Part shown: one piece after another, positions 20,761-27,819 of the stretch | Layout: each line of letters begins with the position of its first letter | Position numbering within the stretch: position 1 is the first letter of the stretch | Assembly: GCF_004102945.1 (NCBI RefSeq) | Contig: NZ_CP019384.1 | Span: forward strand, 1-32,000 | Direction of reading: 5' to 3' | Source of the DNA: Candidatus Velamenicoccus archaeovorus | Lineage (GTDB): Bacteria; Omnitrophota; Gorgyraeia; Velamenicoccales; Velamenicoccaceae | Length of the DNA: 32,000 bases | Translations under genes and position numbers: made by a program | The notes under the pieces: model-generated | What the model was told of the DNA's origin: nothing | Database searches by the model: none | What the model saw: the letters and a program-made list of their open reading frames with translations, nothing else

Positions 20761-20913
20761 ATGCGTAAACATTGCGGACAATCTGTTCTGGAATATGCCA
20801 TCCTCATCTCGGTGATCTGTGCCGTTTTTGCGACGATGTTTGTTTATACCAAAAATGCGGTCCGCGCCAGATTGTTGATCACCCAGGACCGCCTGAACGA
20901 GGCGGATAAATAG
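20761..20913 (+). CDS. flp: Flp/Fap-type prepilin-like protein, paralog 2
   Basis: 50-aa ORF, too short for the supplied track, translated by hand: MRKHCGQSVLEYAILISVICAVFATMFVYTKNAVRARLLITQDRLNEADK. GAGGGG RBS 6 nt upstream. Carries the Flp motif G-QSVL-EY. Confidence 0.75.
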   Translation: MRKHCGQSVLEYAILISVICAVFATMFVYTKNAVRARLLITQDRLNEADK

Positions 20914-20915
20914 CC

Positions 20916-20932
20916 TGCCGCCTGCGGCGGCA
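20916..20932 (+). terminator. Short GC hairpin after flp2
   Basis: TGCCGCC-tgc-GGCGGCA (7-bp stem), followed by aaggggTTTcc. The U-tract is weak. Confidence 0.3.
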
Positions 20933-20943
20933 AGGGGTTTCCA

Positions 20944-21150
20944 ATGGCCCGTTTATTGAGAGAAGTTTGGAGAGGGAACAAGGCGCAAAGCCTCCTGGAG
21001 TATTCTATCCTGATCGCCGTTGTCGCTGCGGCCTTTGTGACCATGGCCATGTATGTCCGTCAGGCGGTGCAGGGCAAGATCTATCGCATGGAGGACTCTG
21101 TGACGGCAAAATCGAATAAGGGGGCCACGACCTGGAGCGTCCCCGTGTAA
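20944..21150 (+). CDS. flp: Flp/Fap-type prepilin-like protein, paralog 3
   Basis: 68 aa. Leader MARLLREVWRGNK, then A-QSLL-EY and SILIAVVAAAFVTMAMYVRQAVQGK. Ala replaces the usual Gly at the predicted cleavage site. Confidence 0.75.
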   Translation: MARLLREVWRGNKAQSLLEYSILIAVVAAAFVTMAMYVRQAVQGKIYRMEDSVTAKSNKGATTWSVPV

Positions 21151-21166
21151 GGATGATGAGGAGAGG

Positions 21167-21370
21167 ATGATCATGGAGACACGCAGTTGCAAACGACAGA
21201 AAGAACAGGGGCAGATGACCATCGAATACGCCGTGATGTTCGTGGCCATCGTCGCGGTCATCATTTATGCAGCGACGAATTTTATCCAGCCGTCGATGAA
21301 CAGGTTTTTTAACAGCACGTCGCTCATCATCAATAAATCGGTCGAGGAGATCGAGAATAGATTCAGTTGA
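21167..21370 (+). CDS. flp: Flp/Fap-type prepilin-like protein, paralog 4
   Basis: 67 aa. An alternative ATG at 21173 has better spacing from GAGGAG at 21158-21163. Motif KEQG-QMTI-EY followed by AVMFVAIVAVIIYAATNFIQP. Confidence 0.78.
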   Translation: MIMETRSCKRQKEQGQMTIEYAVMFVAIVAVIIYAATNFIQPSMNRFFNSTSLIINKSVEEIENRFS

Positions 21371-21463
21371 TCCCCGTGTCAACAGGGGGTCTCGCCCCGC
21401 AGGGTGGACCAGAGAGGGCCCGCGGGGATCGAAATCCGAAGGAAGGAAGGGGGTGAAAGAGAC

Positions 21464-21715
21464 ATGAGGAAGGTGTTGAGCAAAGTAGGCCAGAGCACGT
21501 TGGAATATGTTATCGTCTTGACAGCGATCGTGGCAGCGATTCTTTTTGCGGCGACACAGTTCATCAAGCCGGGCGTCAACCGTATCTATGACGAGACGGG
21601 CACGAAGTTGAACGATACAGCCAGTGTCTTCGCCAATAAGATCGGGATCAGCCTGAACGCCGTGGGCGGAACGACGGGCGGCACGACGGGCGGCACGACA
21701 GGGGTCGGCGTATAA
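21464..21715 (+). CDS. flp: Flp/Fap-type prepilin-like protein, paralog 5, with (GGTT)3 C-terminal tail
   Basis: 83 aa from the ATG at 21464 (GGAAGGGGGTG upstream). MRKVLSKVG-QSTL-EY followed by VIVLTAIVAAILFAATQFIKP. C-terminus GGTTGGTTGGTTGVGV. Confidence 0.8.
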   Translation: MRKVLSKVGQSTLEYVIVLTAIVAAILFAATQFIKPGVNRIYDETGTKLNDTASVFANKIGISLNAVGGTTGGTTGGTTGVGV

Positions 21716-21757
21716 TCGCGGTCCAACAGATCGCCGCGTTGAAGGAGGTGAAAAAGG

Positions 21758-22114
21758 ATGTTCAGATGGTTGAATTCGAAGAGGGGTCAGAATACGGCTG
21801 AGTACGCGATCCTCATCGGCGTTATCGTGGCGGCTGCTATCGCGATGCAGATCTATATCCGCCGCGGGATGCAGGCCAGGATCAAGGACGCTGTTGATTT
21901 CACGCAAACAGCGGACGACGATGCCGGCAACGGGTTCTTCAGCAACATGACGCAGTACGAACCGTATTATTATCAGACGAACTTTGAGACGAGCCAGAGC
22001 GGAACGCAGTCAGAAGAGCTGCAGTCCGGCGGCGGCGTCATCAGGACGTCTATCACGGACACAACGCAAAGAACCGGGAACCAGACCTATGGCAACTACA
22101 TGGAAGCCAATTAG
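21758..22114 (+). CDS. Long Flp-like prepilin/minor-pilin-like protein, paralog 6
   Basis: 118 aa. AAGGAGGTG RBS. MFRWLNSKRG-QNTA-EY followed by AILIGVIVAAAIAMQIYIRRGMQARIKD, then a polar ~75-aa tail. Confidence 0.8.
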   Translation: MFRWLNSKRGQNTAEYAILIGVIVAAAIAMQIYIRRGMQARIKDAVDFTQTADDDAGNGFFSNMTQYEPYYYQTNFETSQSGTQSEELQSGGGVIRTSITDTTQRTGNQTYGNYMEAN

Positions 22115-22153
22115 GGGTTTCATGTTTTGCGCGCGAAAAGGAGGTGACGTTAC

Positions 22154-22471
22154 ATGCGCAGGTGGTTGAAAGAAAATGGTCAAAGCACCCTCGAGTACGC
22201 GGTTTTAATAGTGGTCATAATTGCCGCCCTTATCGCGATGCAGGTGTACCTGAAGCGCGGTATCCAGGGCAGGATGAGAGAGTCAACTGACCAGATCGGC
22301 GAGCAGTTTTCGCCGGGTTACACCGTTTCAAACAGAACCACCCAGACATACTCCAACAGCCGAGAAGAGAACACCGGTTGGTCGACATCGACGGAAATCT
22401 ACAACCAGTGGCAGAACAGAGCGGGCTGGGAGAATGTGATGAACGCCGAACAGGAATACTGGGGCGTGTAG
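22154..22471 (+). CDS. Long Flp-like prepilin/minor-pilin-like protein, paralog 7
   Basis: 105 aa. AAAGGAGGTG RBS. MRRWLKENG-QSTL-EY followed by AVLIVVIIAALIAMQVYLKRGIQGRMRE. Confidence 0.82.
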   Translation: MRRWLKENGQSTLEYAVLIVVIIAALIAMQVYLKRGIQGRMRESTDQIGEQFSPGYTVSNRTTQTYSNSREENTGWSTSTEIYNQWQNRAGWENVMNAEQEYWGV

Positions 22472-22490
22472 AGAGGATCGGCGGGCATGG

Positions 22491-22518
22491 CCCGTTAGAG
22501 AGATCATTCTCTAACGGG
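22491..22518 (+). terminator. Perfect 11-bp stem-loop between flp7 and flp8
   Basis: CCCGTTAGAGA (22491-22501), loop gatcat, TCTCTAACGGG (22508-22518), followed by cTTTg. Begins 20 nt after the flp7 stop. Confidence 0.5.
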
Positions 22519-22544
22519 CTTTGCCCCGCGAAAGGCAGGATGCG

Positions 22545-22934
22545 ATGGGCGCGAAAAGATCGAACACAACAGCGGGTTTGACGGGCGGGCAAAGGTCTTG
22601 CGCTTTTCCGGCGCTGTCGCGCAGGGGCCAGCAGATTGCAGAGTATGCCCTGGTCATGGCGGCGCTCGCCTCGGCGCTGTTGATGATGTATGTCTATACC
22701 AAGCGTGGGATCCAGTCGACCATCAAGGACCTGACGGACCATGAGATCGGCTGGCAGAACGACAGCGTGCCGATCCTGGCCGCCGGCGTTCATCAGAATA
22801 CGACAGCGGCGATGACGACGAAGGCGCAGGATGCGGTGCGCGTCAGGAAAGACTCCGGGCTCGGGGCCCAGTATGATTTTGCGAGCGCTTCGAGATCGAC
22901 CGGGGAAAGCAACGTGACGTTCAACGAGCTTTAG
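22545..22934 (+). CDS. Long Flp-like prepilin/minor-pilin-like protein, paralog 8
   Basis: ORF opens at TTG 22521; the ATG at 22545 is more plausible. The long leader ends in SRRG-QQIA-EY, followed by ALVMAALASALLMMYVYTKRGIQSTIKD. Confidence 0.75.
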   Translation: MGAKRSNTTAGLTGGQRSCAFPALSRRGQQIAEYALVMAALASALLMMYVYTKRGIQSTIKDLTDHEIGWQNDSVPILAAGVHQNTTAAMTTKAQDAVRVRKDSGLGAQYDFASASRSTGESNVTFNEL

Positions 22935-22936
22935 GG

Positions 22937-23338
22937 ATGGCTGCGATGAGAGACAGACGGCATTTTATTTTATGTTTTTCCGGAGATCCGCTGGGCGCCC
23001 GGCGCGGCCAGACCGTTATCGAGACGGCTGTTTTGGTGACCATCATCATTTTTGCTTTTATCGCGATGCAGGTGTACCTGAAGCGCGGGATCCAGGGCCG
23101 CCTGAGAGGGACGATTGACGGCATCGGCGAACAATATGATCCCGACCAGACGACGTCGGATTACAACCTGGTCCACGAGAGCGACGTGACGACGACCAGC
23201 GAGTCCAGCGAAGAGATGTATGTCGATCCGATGTCGTATTCGGGCCAGTACCAGAACAGGCTCATCACGATGGTGCACGTCGAGACGCACTACGATAATT
23301 CGTTCAAGAACGGCTTTGAATATGTGGGGGCGCCGTAA
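22937..23338 (+). CDS. Long Flp-like prepilin/minor-pilin-like protein, paralog 9 (E-T variant)
   Basis: 133 aa. ARRG-QTVI-ET followed by AVLVTIIIFAFIAMQVYLKRGIQGRLRG. Thr replaces the Tyr of the EY pair. Shares a 38/39-nt tract with paralog 7. Confidence 0.75.
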   Translation: MAAMRDRRHFILCFSGDPLGARRGQTVIETAVLVTIIIFAFIAMQVYLKRGIQGRLRGTIDGIGEQYDPDQTTSDYNLVHESDVTTTSESSEEMYVDPMSYSGQYQNRLITMVHVETHYDNSFKNGFEYVGAP

Positions 23339-23384
23339 TAAAGATAGCGTCGAAGAGTCAAAGTATCAGAGTGTCAAAGATGAG

Positions 23385-24566
23385 ATGGCAGAGGGCAGAA
23401 AACTGAAGGCAGCCATGAAGAGCATGCGGGCATCGGAAAATCGGGGGATCGGGATTTGGGGATCGGGGAACCGGGAATCCGGGCGAAGATCTTGCCGGAC
23501 CCCTCATGCTTTCAAGAAGGGGCAGGCCCTTCTGGAACTCGCGGTCTTCAGCACGATCTTTTTGACGATCCTGACGGCGATCGTGGCCTATGGCCTGCGT
23601 TACAGCTATAACCAGAGGGCGCAGATGCTGGCGTTCCGCCGTGCCATGAAGATCGCCTCGGACAGGAATTACGGCTCAGGCAGTTATATGCTGATCCAGG
23701 ACCGTCATATCCCGGATCCGGCGGAGACCTTTGGCATCGGTTCGACTGCGCCGTTCGTCGGCGTCGCGTCCGTGACCAGGGATCCTGAGATGGATGCACA
23801 GGCTGCGGATGCCTCGTCTTTGCCGGCGACGGTGATCGACATGGAGACGACGGGCGTGGACGGCGCCATGGAGCCTTTGGCCCGCATCGTCGCCAAAAAT
23901 GCCGGCTTCAGGCGCGAGACAGGCGTTTCCGAGGAGATGCTGAAAAAATACGAGCTGATATACAGCGATGTCGTGGATGAAGAGGGCGGCAACGTCCGCA
24001 TCATCGATTCGTGCGTCGGCGAAATGATCAATTTCGATTCCTGTTATTCGCAGGCCGTCAAGATCGTGGACGTGGACACCTGTTACAACTATTGCCTGAT
24101 CACCGTGACACAGGATGAAGACACGAATTGCTCGACGATTTGCAATCAGGCCATGAATCCGCCCAATCAGAACAATACGAGCTATAACTCTGCGGTGGGC
24201 GGGGCGTGGTATGCGGCGAACTGGCGCGTTGAGGACGGCAAGTATGTCTTCCCCGTCTTGAATGAGATCAGTTCGCGCGTCAGCGAACATGCCAAATCTA
24301 TGGGCATACAGCAGGATACCGTGACGCACAGCAAGCGTTCCACGAAGATCCGTAAGATCGAGACGACGTCGAACCTTGTGACCGATGAAAACGCGACGTG
24401 GGAGGATAACAACGTCAGGCAGTTTGTAACGATGAATGCGTTGCAGCCGAACGGCTACCAGGTGACGCATGACAATCCGATGGATTACGCGGACGACGTC
24501 GATAGCCAGGAGATCAACAGCCGCTCCACGGGTACGATCCGCCAGACGATGACGACGCCGAAATGA
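23385..24566 (+). CDS. Large TadE-like pseudopilin-like protein with Cys-rich C-terminal region
   Basis: ORF 23220-24566. The start is uncertain (ATG at 23385, 23415 or 23424). TadE-type N-terminus KKGQALLELAVFSTIFLTILTAIVAYGLRY. The ~330-aa extracellular part contains DSCVGEMINFDSCYSQAVKIVDVDTCYNYCLITVTQDEDTNCSTIC. Confidence 0.7.
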   Translation: MAEGRKLKAAMKSMRASENRGIGIWGSGNRESGRRSCRTPHAFKKGQALLELAVFSTIFLTILTAIVAYGLRYSYNQRAQMLAFRRAMKIASDRNYGSGSYMLIQDRHIPDPAETFGIGSTAPFVGVASVTRDPEMDAQAADASSLPATVIDMETTGVDGAMEPLARIVAKNAGFRRETGVSEEMLKKYELIYSDVVDEEGGNVRIIDSCVGEMINFDSCYSQAVKIVDVDTCYNYCLITVTQDEDTNCSTICNQAMNPPNQNNTSYNSAVGGAWYAANWRVEDGKYVFPVLNEISSRVSEHAKSMGIQQDTVTHSKRSTKIRKIETTSNLVTDENATWEDNNVRQFVTMNALQPNGYQVTHDNPMDYADDVDSQEINSRSTGTIRQTMTTPK

Positions 24567-24572
24567 GCGCAG

Positions 24573-24899
24573 ATGACGCAGATAACAGAGAACACAGAAG
24601 AGAAAACAGTCATGAGGAAAATGTGGAGATCAGGGGGCTGGAGGATGAGCGAAGCAGGGCAGTCGACGCTGGAGATGACGGCGGCGCTGGTCGTTCTGAT
24701 GATCCTGCTTGTGGGCGCCGCGAGGATATTTGTGTGGCTCAACGAACGCATGGCCTGGAGGCAAACGGAATACGAAAATACACGCGTGACTGCTGGGAGC
24801 ACCGCGTTTACCAGTTATGTGGATCTAAACAATGCGGAACACACAAGGGGGGTTGAGATCAATGAGTCGTCTAATCCGCCGCTTAACATCTTTAAATAA
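24573..24899 (+). CDS. Small TadE/TadF-like pseudopilin-like protein
   Basis: ORF 24573-24899, with alternative starts at 24612 and 24645. N-terminal EAGQSTLEMTAALVVLMILLVGAARIFVWL matches the TadE-like pattern. Confidence 0.65.
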   Translation: MTQITENTEEKTVMRKMWRSGGWRMSEAGQSTLEMTAALVVLMILLVGAARIFVWLNERMAWRQTEYENTRVTAGSTAFTSYVDLNNAEHTRGVEINESSNPPLNIFK

Positions 24900-27087
24900 C
24901 CTGGCGCCTCTGGGGAACAAACGGGGGCAGATCGCCACCTTGTTGATCCTGGCGACTGTGGTTCTGCTCATGTTTGCCATGGTGACGCTGAATCTCGGGA
25001 ACGTGGCCATTAATTCCACGGGCGTCTCAAACGCCGCTGATTCGGGCGGCCTCTATCTGGCGTCCCAGCTGGCCACGAAGTCGCGTCAGCTTTATGAATC
25101 TCTCGGAAATACGACGGAAAAATGCCAGAAGACCGGCTGGGCGAGTTTCGTTCTGGCGATCGTTATCGCCATTATCGCCATCGTCGCGGTTGTGATCACG
25201 TGCGGCGCGGCTGCCCCGGGTCTTACCGGCCTTGCAGCGGTTGCCTCGCAGGTGGCAAGTGTCGGCACGACGACGTTGGTGGCCGCAGGAGCCATCGGCG
25301 GCGCTGTCGGGGGCGCCATTGGAGGCGCCATTGCCGGAACAGGAGTTTTGCAGGGGGCGTTGACAGGCGCGGCTGTGGGCGCGGCCCTCGGGTTTGCCGC
25401 GGCCGGCGCCGCAGGGGCTTTAGGCGGGGCAACATCGAGTTCGGGCCTTGGCGCGACGGCTACTAGCGGAAGCGTTGCAGGAGAGGGCGGTGCTGTGATG
25501 ACAGGCCAGGGTATTGCGACAGCGTCCGGGACCATGGCTTTTGAAGCAGGGGCGGCCCTGCCGGCAGGTTCTCAGCTTTTGGCCGGCTCCATTCTTATTC
25601 CTTCTACCGCCGGCCTGGGCACTTTGGCCTTGGGCGCGCTTTCCCTTGCCGCAGCCGGATATAACCAATCGGTACAACAGAGCATGCCGGGGGCCGTGGC
25701 TGAACAATTCACGAAAATGCTCAACAAGATGTCCGAGCCGAACAGGATCCGCGAGTCTGTCTTTATGCAGGCCCTCGAGCTGGTTGTGGACGACCCGACC
25801 AAGTCTTATGATTCGCCGGATTCCAACCTGAACGGCGACACGCTGGAATACGTGCCTGATTTCCAGATATGGCTTTTCAACAGATTCAGGATCATCAACA
25901 GCGTGACCGATTTGATCGATCCGGAACCCGTTGTTTACGATTTCCTTAATAACTATGCCTGGCAGTTCGAAAATGTCTGCAAGCTGGCCAACGAAGGCGG
26001 AATTTATTGGCAGTATGTGACGGGCACGGTCTACGCCGAGGATGTGCCGGGTCCCCTGGAACGCGCGGATTACAAATGGGTCTTGACCCCAGATCCGACG
26101 CCGGAAGACCCGGGCAACATGAAATATGTCGCCGCGGCGGGCCGCGACGGGCATGTGGTCGAGCTCTTGCGCGCCTTGCGCAATGCCGGCTACAGCGTAC
26201 CCTTCTGGAATCCGGGTCCCGACCCCGCGGCCATGAATGAATGGGGCAATCAGTGCAACGGCGACGTCTGCATCGACCCGCCGATCTCCCTGGGATATGA
26301 CGAACTCGACGACATGGCCGATAACCTGATGGAGATGGGCGATTTCATCGGGGCCCTGAGGTCGATGCCGCAGAACGATACGATCGAAGCCTGGAGGGGA
26401 TGGGCCTTTTTCTTCTATGACGAATATGATACCACTAATCCGGCGACATATCTGATGAGAAGTGCGAAATATGAAGAGGAATTGGGGCAATGGATCACGG
26501 CGATCGAGAGCATCAGGACGACCCTGCCGGCCTGCCTTTTCGGAGGTCCGTCGGGAGATACGGTCCTGAATCCTCCCTGTCAGTTCGGCGCCGGCGGCAG
26601 CGTCGATAGCGACATCGATGACGAATTCTATAATGCTTTTTATGACCTGGGCGGCATGCAGTATGAGATGAACTCGTTCCACGGCGCCATCCAGGGATTT
26701 TTCAGCGCCCTCTTCCCTGATGTCGAAGAGGAAGCGTATGACCAGACCTGTGTTCCTCCGGACGAGCTGAATCCCGCGGGAAAACCCTGCGGCGGCAAAA
26801 ATCCGGTGCGGTATGAATGGAAGGATTCGCGCGGCGACCACGAGGTAACGGTCAAGGCGGTGTTCAATGTGCCGCGACTCAGGACTTACAAGACAGGCAA
26901 CTGGTTCAGCGGCAAGGTCTGCGTGCAGCTGCTTTACGGCGCCGAGAATACGCAGGTGATCGTATCGCGCTGGGACAGCTCGAAAGGCATGGGGGCGCTC
27001 GGGACATGGAACCCGTTCGGCGGCCGCGTGACAAAGGCCGCGCGCGCTTATTATAGCTACAACAAAGAAGTGAGATTGGTGAATTAA
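24862..27087 (+). CDS. TadG-like (Tad_N) pilus-associated protein with a long Gly/Ala-rich tract
   Basis: ORF 24832-27087. I prefer the ATG at 24862 (AAGGGGGG at 24845-24852). KRGQIATLLILATVVLLMFAMVTLNLGNVAINSTGVSNAADSGGLYLASQL fits the TadG N-terminal domain. It is followed by a ~180-aa G/A/S/T-rich region and a ~470-aa acidic, aromatic-rich C-terminal domain. Confidence 0.8.
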   Translation: MSRLIRRLTSLNNLAPLGNKRGQIATLLILATVVLLMFAMVTLNLGNVAINSTGVSNAADSGGLYLASQLATKSRQLYESLGNTTEKCQKTGWASFVLAIVIAIIAIVAVVITCGAAAPGLTGLAAVASQVASVGTTTLVAAGAIGGAVGGAIGGAIAGTGVLQGALTGAAVGAALGFAAAGAAGALGGATSSSGLGATATSGSVAGEGGAVMTGQGIATASGTMAFEAGAALPAGSQLLAGSILIPSTAGLGTLALGALSLAAAGYNQSVQQSMPGAVAEQFTKMLNKMSEPNRIRESVFMQALELVVDDPTKSYDSPDSNLNGDTLEYVPDFQIWLFNRFRIINSVTDLIDPEPVVYDFLNNYAWQFENVCKLANEGGIYWQYVTGTVYAEDVPGPLERADYKWVLTPDPTPEDPGNMKYVAAAGRDGHVVELLRALRNAGYSVPFWNPGPDPAAMNEWGNQCNGDVCIDPPISLGYDELDDMADNLMEMGDFIGALRSMPQNDTIEAWRGWAFFFYDEYDTTNPATYLMRSAKYEEELGQWITAIESIRTTLPACLFGGPSGDTVLNPPCQFGAGGSVDSDIDDEFYNAFYDLGGMQYEMNSFHGAIQGFFSALFPDVEEEAYDQTCVPPDELNPAGKPCGGKNPVRYEWKDSRGDHEVTVKAVFNVPRLRTYKTGNWFSGKVCVQLLYGAENTQVIVSRWDSSKGMGALGTWNPFGGRVTKAARAYYSYNKEVRLVN

Positions 27088-27107
27088 TCCAACACGAGGT
27101 GCTGTTT

Positions 27108-27596
27108 ATGATAAGGACTGCGGCGAAGCTAATGATAATGGGGGTGGCGGCCATCCTGGTGCTGACCGGATGCGCCAGGCAGGATGATGTGACTTTTGCG
27201 CGCCAGGTCGTCACGGACATGACGAGAGGGCGTTATGCCGTGCGCAAGCTGATCGATTGGCCGAACTTTGTGGCTTTTGAAAAAAGCGTCGGCAGTGAAT
27301 ACAATGCGCTGCCGAATGCCGAAGAGAAACAGAACTATGAACGGTCGTTCATCGACAGCTTCAAAAAGGGGTTCCGGGAGCAGAAGGGGAGCATGAAGGC
27401 GTTCACCGGCTGGAGGCTGTTCAGCCGCAAAGACCCGGACCTCAGGATCGTGGCTGCAGACCTGGCCGGCGGCAAAATCATCTTTTTTGTTGCCGTCAAG
27501 TCCGAACGGGGCAAGCGCAAGATCGTAGAATTGAAACTGATGCAAGTGCTGGATGCGGAGAAGTTCAAGGCCTATGAAGAGGAGATGAAGAAATGA
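27108..27596 (+). CDS. Lipoprotein of unknown function
   Basis: ORF 27099-27596. I prefer the ATG at 27108 (GAGG 8 nt upstream). Signal plus lipobox MIRTAAKLMIMGVAAILVLTGC. Its stop overlaps the next start (ATGA). Confidence 0.7.
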   Translation: MIRTAAKLMIMGVAAILVLTGCARQDDVTFARQVVTDMTRGRYAVRKLIDWPNFVAFEKSVGSEYNALPNAEEKQNYERSFIDSFKKGFREQKGSMKAFTGWRLFSRKDPDLRIVAADLAGGKIIFFVAVKSERGKRKIVELKLMQVLDAEKFKAYEEEMKK

Positions 27597-27817
27597 GCGG
27601 GGTCTTCGCGATTTTTAACGACAGAAGGAACAGGGCCGGGATGGGGATCCTGGAGTACGCCCTGTTGATCTCGGCCCTGCTGGCCGCCCTTTTGTCGTTG
27701 CAGGTGTATCTGAGGCGGGCGATCTCGTATAAATGGCGCGATGCGGCGGATTCTCTCGGGTTGGGCCGTCAGTATGAAACGGACGGCAGCAAGGCCACAG
27801 CCGTTGTGAGGTATTAA
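27593..27817 (+). CDS. flp: Flp/Fap-type prepilin-like protein, paralog 10
   Basis: 74 aa. Leader MSGVFAIFNDRRNRA, then G-MGIL-EY and ALLISALLAALLSLQVYLRRAISYK. Confidence 0.75.
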   Translation: MSGVFAIFNDRRNRAGMGILEYALLISALLAALLSLQVYLRRAISYKWRDAADSLGLGRQYETDGSKATAVVRY

Positions 27818-27819
27818 TT

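Noticed and set aside
21005-21907. 300-aa minus-strand ORF spanning several flp genes
   Set aside because: It crosses four well-formed plus-strand genes, each with an RBS and an Flp motif. Its translation is Arg/Asp/Pro-rich and lacks any motif.
25420-26841. 473-aa minus-strand ORF
   Set aside because: It is antisense to the TadG-like gene. The plus-strand frame has a recognisable TadG N-terminus, an RBS and protein-like composition, while the minus frame is Arg/Gly/Ala-rich.
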